This document shows, one piece after another, positions 1 to 8,584 of a stretch of DNA of 38,001 nucleotides. Each line of letters starts with the position of its first letter. Position 1 is the first letter of the stretch. A model generated the notes under the pieces. The model worked only from the letters and a program-made list of their open reading frames with translations, was not told where the DNA came from and did not search any database. The stretch is from contig DASYSX010000039.1 in the NCBI GenBank assembly GCA_036002955.1, positions 1 to 38,001 on the forward strand, in the 5' to 3' direction. The position numbers were made by a program, and so were the translations under genes. This DNA is from Candidatus Udaeobacter sp. GTDB taxonomy: Bacteria > Verrucomicrobiota > Verrucomicrobiia > Chthoniobacterales > UBA10450.

Positions 1-569
1 GAACCGTAAACGGCCGAGGCGCCATCCTTCAGGATGTCCACGTGATCACCCATCGAAAATGGTATCAGGTTGATGTCCGGACCCCCACTAAATCCGGCGG
101 AGGCTAACGACCCGTATGCGACCCGCTTCCCATCAATCAAAACCAAAGTTTCTTTGGGCAACAGACCACGCAGGTTGAATTGGACAGTACCGTCGCCACC
201 GTTACCGATGTTCAGGTTCACTGTGCCGCCCGCTTGCTGCGGAATAAATTCCTGAAGGTCGGTAGCGCTGCGGATACCGAGTTTCTCAATGTCTTGCGGC
301 CGGTACGTGTCCACCGGATTCGGGCCAGTCTCTTCCGCTGTGGGAATGTTTGAACCGGTCACGACGACGCGTTCGACCTCGGCCGCGGTTGTGCCTGGTA
401 CGGCAGGCCCAGCCCCTGGTTCCTGTGCCTGCCCCATCCCTGGTTCGGCAGGGACAGCCGGAGCAGCCACTTGCGCGAACGCGTTCGACGCAAGCATTAA
501 AGGAAATCCGACGCCCGCAATCAAAGCTAGACGTACGAATCTAAACGTTTTTAGTGCGTTTTGTGTCAT
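1..569 (-). CDS. TonB-dependent outer-membrane receptor, N-terminal part (gene continues beyond the left edge)
   Basis: Absent from the ORF track because it has no stop inside the window. I translated the minus strand by hand from ATG (cat at 567-569) down to base 1 and found no stop. It reads MTQNALKTFRFVRLALIAGVGFPLMLASNAFAQ (signal peptide) ...AAEVERVVVTGSNIPTAEETGPNPVDTY...TVQFNLRGLLPKETLVLIDGKRV...DHVDILKDGASAVYG, which is the plug-domain motif series of TonB-dependent receptors. Confidence 0.75.
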   Translation of the reverse strand, partial: MTQNALKTFRFVRLALIAGVGFPLMLASNAFAQVAAPAVPAEPGMGQAQEPGAGPAVPGTTAAEVERVVVTGSNIPTAEETGPNPVDTYRPQDIEKLGIRSATDLQEFIPQQAGGTVNLNIGNGGDGTVQFNLRGLLPKETLVLIDGKRVAYGSLASAGFSGGPDINLIPFSMGDHVDILKDGASAVYG

Positions 570-624
570 TAGTTTCTCCGTTGGTTTGGTTAGGTTTCAG
601 CACGCTTATTAAATTTCTAACGCC

Positions 625-749
625 CTGACAAGCTTTTTTTTCACTTTTTTGATTTTTTTTTGAACGACGAAATGAGGGCATTTGTCGGTCGCAATTCCCT
701 CTAGCGGAAGCCCCAAGGTTCTGACAAGCTTTTTTTTAAGTTTTTTTGA
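625..749. repeat. Two direct copies of CTGACAAGCTTTTTTTT(C/A)A(C/G)TTTTTTTGA, 96 nt apart
   Basis: Copy 1 at 625-663 is ctgacaagcttttttttcacttttttgattttttttttga. Copy 2 at 721-749 is ctgacaagcttttttttaagtttttttga. Both lie in the intergenic region between the MFS/SpdS-like gene stop and the TonB-receptor start, both on the minus strand. Confidence 0.8.
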
Positions 750-791
750 GCCAGAAAATGCTGCGAGCAATCGCAGATCACCCGGTGGAGG

Positions 792-3746
792 TTATTCGCG
801 CTTCTCAGGGGGATGGAATCCGAAATCATTTTGCAGTTTTTCCCATAGCCAATCGACAAACCAATCCTGCTTGATTGAAACAGTGTTCTCGGCAACCAAC
901 GTCTCCGCTTTTTCAACAGTGCCATTCAAGCAATAGAGATAGCTGAGCAGGAAAATCTCGTTCGGGCCAAAACCGCCGCGATCTTTCTCGCTTTCCAATA
1001 ACTTAATCGCTCTGTCGATATTCCGCTGCGCCAGCGCTCCCGCAATCAAGTCGGGCATTACTTCCAGCGGCGGCGTTTCGGAACCCCTGGACGCTCGTTC
1101 GGCAATGGAAACCCGAAACGCGTCGCTGCCCAAGACTTCCAAAACGGGTATCCTCAGACGGGAATGGCGAAGATAAAGATCGAGCTCAGCGAGTTTGTTG
1201 CTTCCAACAATTTCCGAAAGGTAGCGGGTCTGCCTGATCGTGAAGAATGACTCCAGCTCAGCAGCCGCCGGATCCAACGTTTCGGGCCAGATTTCTTTAA
1301 TCAACGGAGAACGAACAAAACGTTGGTACGCTGCGGGTGCCGTAAAATATGTTAACGCGAAGCGATGACTTGCTTCGTTATCCCACGGTCCATCCGTTAG
1401 GCGCTTGGGATGAAGGTCGGTGAGTGGCGCTATGTTCTGCGTAATCCGATCGATTTCCTCGGCATCCATCAAAAACAGTGCGCCCAGTTGCTGAGGAACC
1501 TCAAGTCCGATGCGTCGCAAGTCCGCGCCGGTCGCCGGATCGTTCCAAAGCTGACGAAGCTCGTCTTCACTCGCTCTGCCAACGGGTCCATTAATCCCCA
1601 TCATGATCCAGTCCTGATCGGCGCTGCCCCACAGCGAAGCGTTTGGAAAGGCATTGTGGAAGCCACGCAGGATCGCCTTGGCTTCGTCCACTTTTAATTG
1701 ATTGATCGGAAGCCAAAAGGTCGCGATTCCGCCTTCATTGAGGCGACTTCGCATGAGGAAAAAAAACTCCTGAGTATAAAGATTCACCGCGCCCGCGACT
1801 TTCGGCGGTGGCGGCTCGCCCGAAATGATGTCGTATTTTTTCGCGCTCGCCTGGAGGAAAAAGCGTCCATCTTGGACGACAGCGTGCACGCGCGGATCAC
1901 GAAGCGGATTGGAGTAATTGATTCCGGTATAAGAATCAGCCAGAGAGAAGACCTCCTTCGAGATGTCCACGATATCAATTTTTTCGACACTTGATTTGTG
2001 CGTAAAGGCATCAGCAGTCACACCGCACCCGTAACAAATGAGCAGCACGTCTCTCGCTGCCGGATGCAACGCCAGCGGAAGATAGGCGAATAACCGCATG
2101 TAGCGCTGATTGCGTGGATTTGTGGCCGACATCGAGAACGAGTCGCTTAGCAGCCGGTAATAGTACGCCTGGCCAAACAAATCGCGCCGCAGCAATTGCC
2201 ACGTGTCCGATGTTCCTTCGATCCGTTTCACCACGTGAGCGAGCACATGACCTTGATCGTCCCTTTCGTATGGGCGGCTGGCATGTTCGAAATGCGCTTC
2301 GGTGCGTCGATATGGAAAAAATACAAAGCCCGCCAACAATGCGGTCCAAAGCGTCACGAGGATTATCGCAGTCGGACGGCGCAGTGACCAAAGTGTTCGT
2401 CCGGTGACGATGATGCTAAGCAAGCCATACGCGGCAGCACAACAAATGAGACTCGTCTGGTAGCCCAGAGACGGCAGCAGGACGAAAGTTGCAACTAAGG
2501 GACCGATCGCGGCGCCACTGGTATTCAGGAGAGTAGCGATCCCGGTGCTATTCATCCGGTCTGTCACCTGAACTTGAATGCGAGCGACAATGGTCGGAAA
2601 CAAGATTCCGGATAAAAATGAAACCGGGAACATCAAAGCCAGACACAGCAATGTGATCTGCGGCCATGAAGCAATACTAAAAGCGCCCGCAGCGGTTTTT
2701 ACGACTTCGCCAGGGAACAACAGATAAGACAAAAGCACCGCGAGGGCAGCCAGCAGTAACAGAATCGAAACTAACTGTTTCATTCCAGTTGAGCGGCGGG
2801 AAATCGTGCCCGCCGCGATGCCCCCCAAGCCTATGCCGGCCAGCACAACCGCCAGCATCACCGCAAATGCGGTAGGTAACGACACGACATAGAGGCGCAG
2901 AAATCGAAACCAAATCACCTCCAGCGCGAGAAGAATCAGACCCGTGCCAAAACTGACGAAAAGCAAACGCCACGGAGGTCGATAACTTGTATGGAAGCTG
3001 AGCGGAAATTTAGAGCCCGTGGCAGGATCGGTACGTTTGAAATCTGCGACGTATCGCACCGCGTCAAATCTCGCGACCAACAAAGCAATTGCCGCAGCAA
3101 TGCCCACCGCCACCGCAGCTGCCAAACTCGTGCCGTACAATCCAAATGCACCGATCAAATAGGCTTCGCCGAGAATCGCACCAACCATCGCCCCGAGTGT
3201 GTTTGAACCGTAAAGAAAACCGACCGCGCGGCCAAAGTCTGTTTCTCGCAGCAGGGGGTCCTCAATGAGCACCGGTAGCGTCAAACCCATCGCTGTTGTT
3301 GGCACGAGCAAAATCAAGAAGGAAACCACAAACCGCAGCCCCAGCAGCGTCGGCTGATAATTCCACAGAATCTGCCACACGGGCCGCATCAAATCGCCAA
3401 TGGCGGGAAGCCCAAAAACAATCGTGCAACCAAAGAATGCGACGAAGAGTTCCAGCACGACGTAGAAATGCAGCGGACGCCATCTCCGGATTTTCGATGA
3501 TGCAGCCAATGCGTTTCCCAACGCCAGGCCCGCCATGAAACTGGAGAGAATCAGCGCTGCGGCCCAGGTCGAATTGCCAAAAACCAGCCCACTAAGTCGC
3601 AGCCACAGTGTTTCGAAAATGAGGGCGCCCGCACCGGAAAGAAAAAGAACGCTGCAGAGAACAGCAACGCCCCCCCTTTGCGATCCCCCTGCCTGGGACG
3701 GGTGCCTTTCGCCAGACACCTGGAAATTTTGCGAACTACTTGGCAT
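792..3746 (-). CDS. Fused polytopic membrane (MFS-like) / spermidine-synthase-like protein with a helical C-terminal domain
   Basis: 984-aa ORF. The N-terminal ~480 aa contain many hydrophobic spans (FETLWLRLSGLVFGNSTWAAALILSSFMAGLALGN...). The central domain is a spermidine/spermine-synthase-type Rossmann fold (VLLICYGCGVTA, DIISGEPPPPKVAGAVNLYTQEFF). The C-terminal ~260 aa are helical. The start codon overlaps the nhaA stop by 11 nt. Confidence 0.8.
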   Translation of the reverse strand: MPSSSQNFQVSGERHPSQAGGSQRGGVAVLCSVLFLSGAGALIFETLWLRLSGLVFGNSTWAAALILSSFMAGLALGNALAASSKIRRWRPLHFYVVLELFVAFFGCTIVFGLPAIGDLMRPVWQILWNYQPTLLGLRFVVSFLILLVPTTAMGLTLPVLIEDPLLRETDFGRAVGFLYGSNTLGAMVGAILGEAYLIGAFGLYGTSLAAAVAVGIAAAIALLVARFDAVRYVADFKRTDPATGSKFPLSFHTSYRPPWRLLFVSFGTGLILLALEVIWFRFLRLYVVSLPTAFAVMLAVVLAGIGLGGIAAGTISRRSTGMKQLVSILLLLAALAVLLSYLLFPGEVVKTAAGAFSIASWPQITLLCLALMFPVSFLSGILFPTIVARIQVQVTDRMNSTGIATLLNTSGAAIGPLVATFVLLPSLGYQTSLICCAAAYGLLSIIVTGRTLWSLRRPTAIILVTLWTALLAGFVFFPYRRTEAHFEHASRPYERDDQGHVLAHVVKRIEGTSDTWQLLRRDLFGQAYYYRLLSDSFSMSATNPRNQRYMRLFAYLPLALHPAARDVLLICYGCGVTADAFTHKSSVEKIDIVDISKEVFSLADSYTGINYSNPLRDPRVHAVVQDGRFFLQASAKKYDIISGEPPPPKVAGAVNLYTQEFFFLMRSRLNEGGIATFWLPINQLKVDEAKAILRGFHNAFPNASLWGSADQDWIMMGINGPVGRASEDELRQLWNDPATGADLRRIGLEVPQQLGALFLMDAEEIDRITQNIAPLTDLHPKRLTDGPWDNEASHRFALTYFTAPAAYQRFVRSPLIKEIWPETLDPAAAELESFFTIRQTRYLSEIVGSNKLAELDLYLRHSRLRIPVLEVLGSDAFRVSIAERASRGSETPPLEVMPDLIAGALAQRNIDRAIKLLESEKDRGGFGPNEIFLLSYLYCLNGTVEKAETLVAENTVSIKQDWFVDWLWEKLQNDFGFHPPEKRE

Positions 3747-5049
3747 CGCGTGAAACTCGGCCCGTCCGCAGCATCACGGCTCCGGCGACTCCGGCCAGAA
3801 GCGAACCTACGATAATGCCTCGCTTAGCTGCGTTAACCGAAGCCAAATCGTCGAACGCCAGCATCGCAATGAATAGTGACATGGTAAAACCGATTCCGGC
3901 GAGCAAGGCATACCCCAGCAAGGATCTCCAGTTTACAGCCTGAGGAAGGCTCGCAATTCCCGTCTTCACGGCAGTCAACGCAAACATCATAATTCCAAGC
4001 GGTTTGCCGAACAATAGCCCCGCCAATATTCCGAACCCAATCTCTGAATGCTGCAGCGACATATCAATTTTGACTCCCGCATTCGCAAAAGCGAACAACG
4101 GCATCACCAGGAACGCCGAAAAATTGTGCAATGCGTGCTCGAGTCTGAGGACGGGTGCAGTTACGCCTGCGCTCGCCCGCTCAAACGCAAACACCGCTTC
4201 CTGTTGCCCTTTGCTAGTCAAAACCACAAAGTCACCGGTTTCATTGCGATCGAATTGATTCAGCAGCGACCGTGCTTCTGTGGAAAATTCCCGCGCGTTG
4301 ATGCGTGAACGTGTAGGAATGGTGAAGGCGAGCGCAACGCCGGCGATCGTGGCGTGCACGCCAGAGGCATGAACAAAATACCATAGCACGACTCCTAGCA
4401 GCAGGTACGGCCACAGACGACGGACACCGATTAGGTTGAGTCCAATCAACACGAACAGCGTTACCGCTGCGCCGCCGAGCGCACTCCAAACGATCGCTTC
4501 CGAATAGAAAAGCGAGATCACGAGCACCGCTCCCATGTCGTCGACGATGGCCAGAGCGGTCAGCAGCACTTTCGCGCCGATTGGCGCCTGCGGAGCAATC
4601 AAATTGAGTGCGCCCAATGCAAATGCTATGTCGGTTGCCATCGGGATACCCCAACCGTGCGCCCCGGGCCCGCGCAAATTGAAAATCAGATAGATCAGCG
4701 CGGGCACAACCATTCCACCAATTGCGCACGCGATTGGGAGCGCCGCCTGCCGGGCAGAGGACAATTCACCAGCCAGAAATTCCCGTTTGATTTCGAGCCC
4801 GACCAGGAGAAAAAAAGCGGCCATTAGACCGTCGTTAATCCAATCGTGCAGACTCAGTGAAAGCTCTCGAGGAGCAATCCCAACTGTCAGCGGTATTTCC
4901 CAAAGATGGTTGTAGGCTGCGGACAACGGCGAATTGGCAATCACGAGCGCGGCAAGACCGAACCCTAACAGGACCAGACCGCCAAGTGTCTCTGTGCGGA
5001 AAAAGCGCTGAAACACTGTCAGCGGGATTTTTTTCAACCGTCCGGGCAT
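3736..5049 (-). CDS. nhaA: Na+/H+ antiporter NhaA
   Basis: 437-aa polytopic ORF with NhaA hallmark segments FFLLVGLEIKREFLAGELS, PMATDIAFALG and LAIVDDMGAVLVISLFY (paired Asp, as in E. coli LAIIDDLGAIIIIALFY). Confidence 0.9.
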   Translation of the reverse strand: MPGRLKKIPLTVFQRFFRTETLGGLVLLGFGLAALVIANSPLSAAYNHLWEIPLTVGIAPRELSLSLHDWINDGLMAAFFLLVGLEIKREFLAGELSSARQAALPIACAIGGMVVPALIYLIFNLRGPGAHGWGIPMATDIAFALGALNLIAPQAPIGAKVLLTALAIVDDMGAVLVISLFYSEAIVWSALGGAAVTLFVLIGLNLIGVRRLWPYLLLGVVLWYFVHASGVHATIAGVALAFTIPTRSRINAREFSTEARSLLNQFDRNETGDFVVLTSKGQQEAVFAFERASAGVTAPVLRLEHALHNFSAFLVMPLFAFANAGVKIDMSLQHSEIGFGILAGLLFGKPLGIMMFALTAVKTGIASLPQAVNWRSLLGYALLAGIGFTMSLFIAMLAFDDLASVNAAKRGIIVGSLLAGVAGAVMLRTGRVSRDAK

Positions 5050-5228
5050 GTCAGTTGGTTAACAAACTGCAAATGATCTGGTCATCCAAACCATCCTGAG
5101 TGAGCATTGTCAGTGCTGCGTTCGGCGTAGATATGTGCAAGGGCTAATTGGCTTCGCAACACTAAATCGTCGAATCGTAAAATTCGATGTAGAGGTGTAA
5201 CTATTTTAGCTGGTCCTGCCGCAACATT

Positions 5229-5831
5229 ATGTTCACAGGTTTGATCGAGGAAGTTGGCACACTTGTGGCAGTGCGCACACATCATCATGGGACGGAACTG
5301 CGAATCTCCGCGCCGGGAGCCGCCAAACACGTCAATCCGGGGGAGAGCATCGCCGTGAATGGTTGTTGTTTGACGCTGACTTCGTGCAGCGGCGATTGTT
5401 TAATCTTCGATCTTCTCGAGGAAACCATCGCTCGCACTAACCTCAACAATTTGCGGCAGGACAGCCCCGTAAATCTGGAGCGCGCGTTACGCGCTGATGG
5501 TCGTGTCGGCGGACATTTCGTTCAAGGCCATGTAGATTGCGTCGCGCCCATTCTCGCTTTCGAAAGGAAAGGCGCAGACTTCCGACTCGAAGTCGAATTG
5601 CCGGACAAGTCCAGGCATTATGTGGCTTTCAAGGGCTCGATAACCGTCGATGGAATCAGTCTTACCGTTGCAGAAGTCCTGCCGGGAAGTTTTGCGGCGT
5701 GGATCATTCCCCACACCAAGAGCCATACCAACCTTGATCGTGCAACCATCGGCGATCTCGTTAACCTCGAGTTCGACATCCTGGCCAAGTACGTCGAGAG
5801 AATGATTGAGCCGTCAGTGACAAAACAATGA
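5229..5831 (+). CDS. ribE: Riboflavin synthase (alpha chain)
   Basis: 200 aa starting MFTGLIEEVGTL. Shows the internal duplication with GESIAVNGCCLT and GSITVDGISLTV motifs typical of riboflavin synthase. ATGA overlap with the next gene. Confidence 0.9.
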   Translation: MFTGLIEEVGTLVAVRTHHHGTELRISAPGAAKHVNPGESIAVNGCCLTLTSCSGDCLIFDLLEETIARTNLNNLRQDSPVNLERALRADGRVGGHFVQGHVDCVAPILAFERKGADFRLEVELPDKSRHYVAFKGSITVDGISLTVAEVLPGSFAAWIIPHTKSHTNLDRATIGDLVNLEFDILAKYVERMIEPSVTKQ

Positions 5832-6514
5832 TGGCGGGTCACTCGACCAAGCGGCGTCCGCGGATTGTCGTTGTGATCACATCGGGTGCCGATTTGGAAA
5901 GAGCTCTGCGGATGCGCAGGCTGCCGGATTTATTCGAACTGCGCTTGGATCATCTGGCAGACATGGCCGGTGACGTGGAAAAGGTGTTATCGAGACTGCG
6001 CACACCGCTCATCATCACAGCGCGAGATCCGCACGAAGGCGGCGCTAACAAACTCCTGCTGCGCCAACGGCGGGATTTGCTTCTTCGATTCTTGGATCAC
6101 GCCGATTACATCGATGTCGAGTTACGTTCAGCCCGTGCGCTGCAATCCTTGCTCGCGAACGCCAAAACGAAAAGGGTCGGGCGAATCATTTCATTCCACA
6201 ATTTCGGGTCGACACCGAGCGCGCGAATCTTGACGGCGAAAGCACGCCAGGCCAGAGTACATGGCGCGGCTATTTTCAAAGTTGCTACGCGCACCGACAC
6301 GCCAATGGAACTCGGACGTTTGCTCGAATTCATGACAAGCAGCCGTTTGAATCTTTCACTTGCCGTCATGGGAATTGGAAAACTTGGGTCGATTTCTCGT
6401 GTTCTGCTCGCGCGCGCCGGTTCTGTGTTGATCTACGCATCGGTGAGCGAAACTACCGACGTCGAAGGACAACTCTCGCTGGGACAACTCCGCGCACTTG
6501 GCATCGAATGGTAG
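5828..6514 (+). CDS. aroD: Type I 3-dehydroquinate dehydratase
   Basis: 228 aa. ELRLDHL, the ISFHNFGSTP (catalytic His) and AIFKVATRTDT (Schiff-base Lys) contexts match type I DHQase. The stop codon lies inside a palindromic repeat (6510-6567). Confidence 0.8.
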   Translation: MMAGHSTKRRPRIVVVITSGADLERALRMRRLPDLFELRLDHLADMAGDVEKVLSRLRTPLIITARDPHEGGANKLLLRQRRDLLLRFLDHADYIDVELRSARALQSLLANAKTKRVGRIISFHNFGSTPSARILTAKARQARVHGAAIFKVATRTDTPMELGRLLEFMTSSRLNLSLAVMGIGKLGSISRVLLARAGSVLIYASVSETTDVEGQLSLGQLRALGIEW

Positions 6515-6567
6515 GGACGGCCCGCTGGCCGTCCGTGAGCATCGGCGCGCGGCGGTCGCGCCCTACC
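6510..6567. repeat. GGTAGGG...CCCTACC nested-palindrome mini-element, copy 1
   Basis: Sequence ggtagggacggcccgctggccgtccgtgagcatcggcgcgcggcggtcgcgccctacc. Outer 7-bp inverted termini, and inner hairpins gacggcc/ggccgtc and ggcgcg/cgcgcc. It contains the aroD stop codon (6512-6514). Confidence 0.8.
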
Positions 6568-6650
6568 AAACATGTTCGGGGCCGTCAAATGGTTCAGTCT
6601 ATTCACCCTCGACACTTGCCCTTTGCTCGACACGCATAAGGTACAGAAAC

Positions 6651-7280
6651 ATGGCCTCATCCATTACTCTACCCGAGCAATTACCCGTTATGCCGCTTTC
6701 GGGAGCCGTGCTGTTTCCGCACGCACTGCTGCCGCTTTACATTTTCGAGGCGCGGTATCGCAAGATGCTGGAGCACGCGCTTCGAAAGCATCGGATGTTT
6801 TGCGTAGCGTTGGTTAAGCCGATCTGCCCGGATTGGCATGCCGCAGAGGATTTTTTCCATCTCGCCACCGCGGGCTTGATTCGCGCTTGTGTCGAACGCA
6901 GTGACGGCACTTCGAATTTGGTCTTGCAAGGTCTGCGACGTGTGCGCTTCGCCAGTTTCGAACGGGAGAAGCCTTTTCCAATCGCCAGCATCGAGACCGT
7001 AGAATCGAGCGATTCACCTACCGTCGAGACCGAAGCGCTCGGCGCAAAAGTGGTCGAACTCTACGGCAGTCTAAAGCACGATCACCGTCAGCTTCCCGCA
7101 AAACTGGATCGGTATCTTTCCGAATTGCGCGATCTGGAAATGTTGGCAGACCTAATGGCTTCGACCTTCGTGAGCGATCCATTGCGCCGGCAACGCCTGC
7201 TCGAAGAACGCTCACTCAATCAGCGTCTCCGTTTTCTCATCAGATATTTACGCGATGAGGTCGGCAACGCGGCCGCGTAG
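6651..7280 (+). CDS. Lon protease N-terminal (substrate-binding) domain protein
   Basis: LPVMPLSGAVLFPHALLPLYIFEARYRKML is the LON N-domain signature. I chose the internal ATG at 6651 (MASSITLPEQ...) because the track start at 6498 lies in the repeat element and overlaps aroD. Confidence 0.7.
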   Translation: MASSITLPEQLPVMPLSGAVLFPHALLPLYIFEARYRKMLEHALRKHRMFCVALVKPICPDWHAAEDFFHLATAGLIRACVERSDGTSNLVLQGLRRVRFASFEREKPFPIASIETVESSDSPTVETEALGAKVVELYGSLKHDHRQLPAKLDRYLSELRDLEMLADLMASTFVSDPLRRQRLLEERSLNQRLRFLIRYLRDEVGNAAA

Positions 7281-7296
7281 GCAGCGGCGATTGACC

Positions 7297-8499
7297 TCAA
7301 TGGCCCGTTTCGTTACGGGACCAGGTTCGCGACGGTGGTTCGGGTGAACCGCCCCTGCCAGCAAGGCGTGCATACTCTTCCATGACATAACGATCAGTCA
7401 TTCCCGCGATGTAATCACAAACGCTCCGATGCAGCCCCTCCTTCTCGATTCGTCGCATCGCACCTTCGCCCAATTTATCGGGATCGGCCAGGTACGCTTC
7501 GAAAACGCGCCGCAGCACCTCGCAAGCGCGTTGGTTCACTTCCGCCACCCGCGGATGGTAATAGACATTTTGATACAAAAATTTCCGAAGTGCGCGGTTC
7601 GCCTCGGCTAATTTATCGCTGTAACGAACAAGCGGCGCGGTGTGCCGACGCACGTCATCTGCACTCTGCACGCCTGATTCCGCGATCGATTCCACGCTCG
7701 TCGCAACGAGGTCGTGCACTTCCCGATCAATGATTTCGCGAATAATCAGCTTGTGCAGCTCCGGTCCGCGCGTGTCCCTGTAACGCGAGACCACTACGCG
7801 ATGACTGCTGCGCCACACCTCGTTCTCCTCCAAGCGCGCCGGAGTCAGAACTTCGAAATCAAGCGCGTCATCGAGGTCATGACTGTAATACGTGATCTCA
7901 TCTGCCAGGTCGGCAATCTGCGCCTCCAGCGACGGATAAGCGTATTCTACCCCAGACGGAACGGGGAATTTGTAAGGTCGCTCATGCTTCCGCAGACCTT
8001 CACGCACTTCAAATGTGAGGTTTAACCCCGGAAAATTTGGATTAGGGGTTTCGAGCAATTCGACCACGCGCACACTTTGATAATTATGATCGAAGCCGCC
8101 GTGGTCGCGCATGCATTCCGCCAGCATCTCCTCCCCGGAGTGTCCAAAAGGCGGATGGCCCAGATCGTGGGCAAGCGCGATCGCTTCCGCCAGATCTTCA
8201 TTCAGCCGCAACGCACGCGCGATGGTGCGACTGATCGACGCCACCTCGATCGAATGCGTCAGGCGCGTTCGCAAATGGTCGCCGGTGCCGTTGAGAAAGA
8301 CCTGCGTTTTGTATTCCAGCCGCCGGAATGCGCGCGAATGGATGATCCGCGCACGGTCCCGCTGAAATTCAGTGCGATAAGCGTGACTCGCTTCACCGTG
8401 CAGTCGGCCGCGCGATTCGCCCGATTTTTGAGCAACAGACGCGAGCGCTGTGCGCTCCGCCTCCTCCATTTGTTCGCGCGTCCTCCATTTTGCGCTCAT
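7297..8499 (-). CDS. dgt: dGTPase-like deoxynucleoside triphosphate triphosphohydrolase (HD domain)
   Basis: FQRDRARIIHSRAFRRLEYKTQV, RLTHSIEVASISR and AHDLGHPPFGHSGE are Dgt/HD-family motifs. I chose the start at ATG 8499 (MSAKWRTREQ...) because the longer track ORF would overlap the divergent methyltransferase gene. Confidence 0.85.
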   Translation of the reverse strand: MSAKWRTREQMEEAERTALASVAQKSGESRGRLHGEASHAYRTEFQRDRARIIHSRAFRRLEYKTQVFLNGTGDHLRTRLTHSIEVASISRTIARALRLNEDLAEAIALAHDLGHPPFGHSGEEMLAECMRDHGGFDHNYQSVRVVELLETPNPNFPGLNLTFEVREGLRKHERPYKFPVPSGVEYAYPSLEAQIADLADEITYYSHDLDDALDFEVLTPARLEENEVWRSSHRVVVSRYRDTRGPELHKLIIREIIDREVHDLVATSVESIAESGVQSADDVRRHTAPLVRYSDKLAEANRALRKFLYQNVYYHPRVAEVNQRACEVLRRVFEAYLADPDKLGEGAMRRIEKEGLHRSVCDYIAGMTDRYVMEEYARLAGRGGSPEPPSRTWSRNETGH

Positions 8500-8584
8500 T
8501 GTGTATCCGAAGTGTAGAGGAATCAGGGGACTTCGGCTAGATCCGCTGGACGAAAGTGCATTCCAATTATTTTTTGATTCACCT

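Noticed and set aside
70-612. Plus-strand ORFs 70-255, 289-612 and 350-544 from the track
   Set aside because: They are antisense shadows of the uninterrupted minus-strand TonB-receptor frame, which has clear signal-peptide and plug motifs. Their compositions (Pro/Arg/Ala-rich) are typical of GC-rich antisense frames.
5050-5228. Possible FMN (or TPP) riboswitch upstream of ribE
   Set aside because: None of the conserved FMN-element or TPP-element core sequences I remember are present. The region is just a divergent nhaA/ribE promoter spacer.
6498-6650. Longer start for the Lon-N-domain protein overlapping the aroD end
   Set aside because: The extra 51 codons are read from the GGTAGGG repeat and spacer. 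The conserved LON-N motif starts a few residues after ATG 6651.
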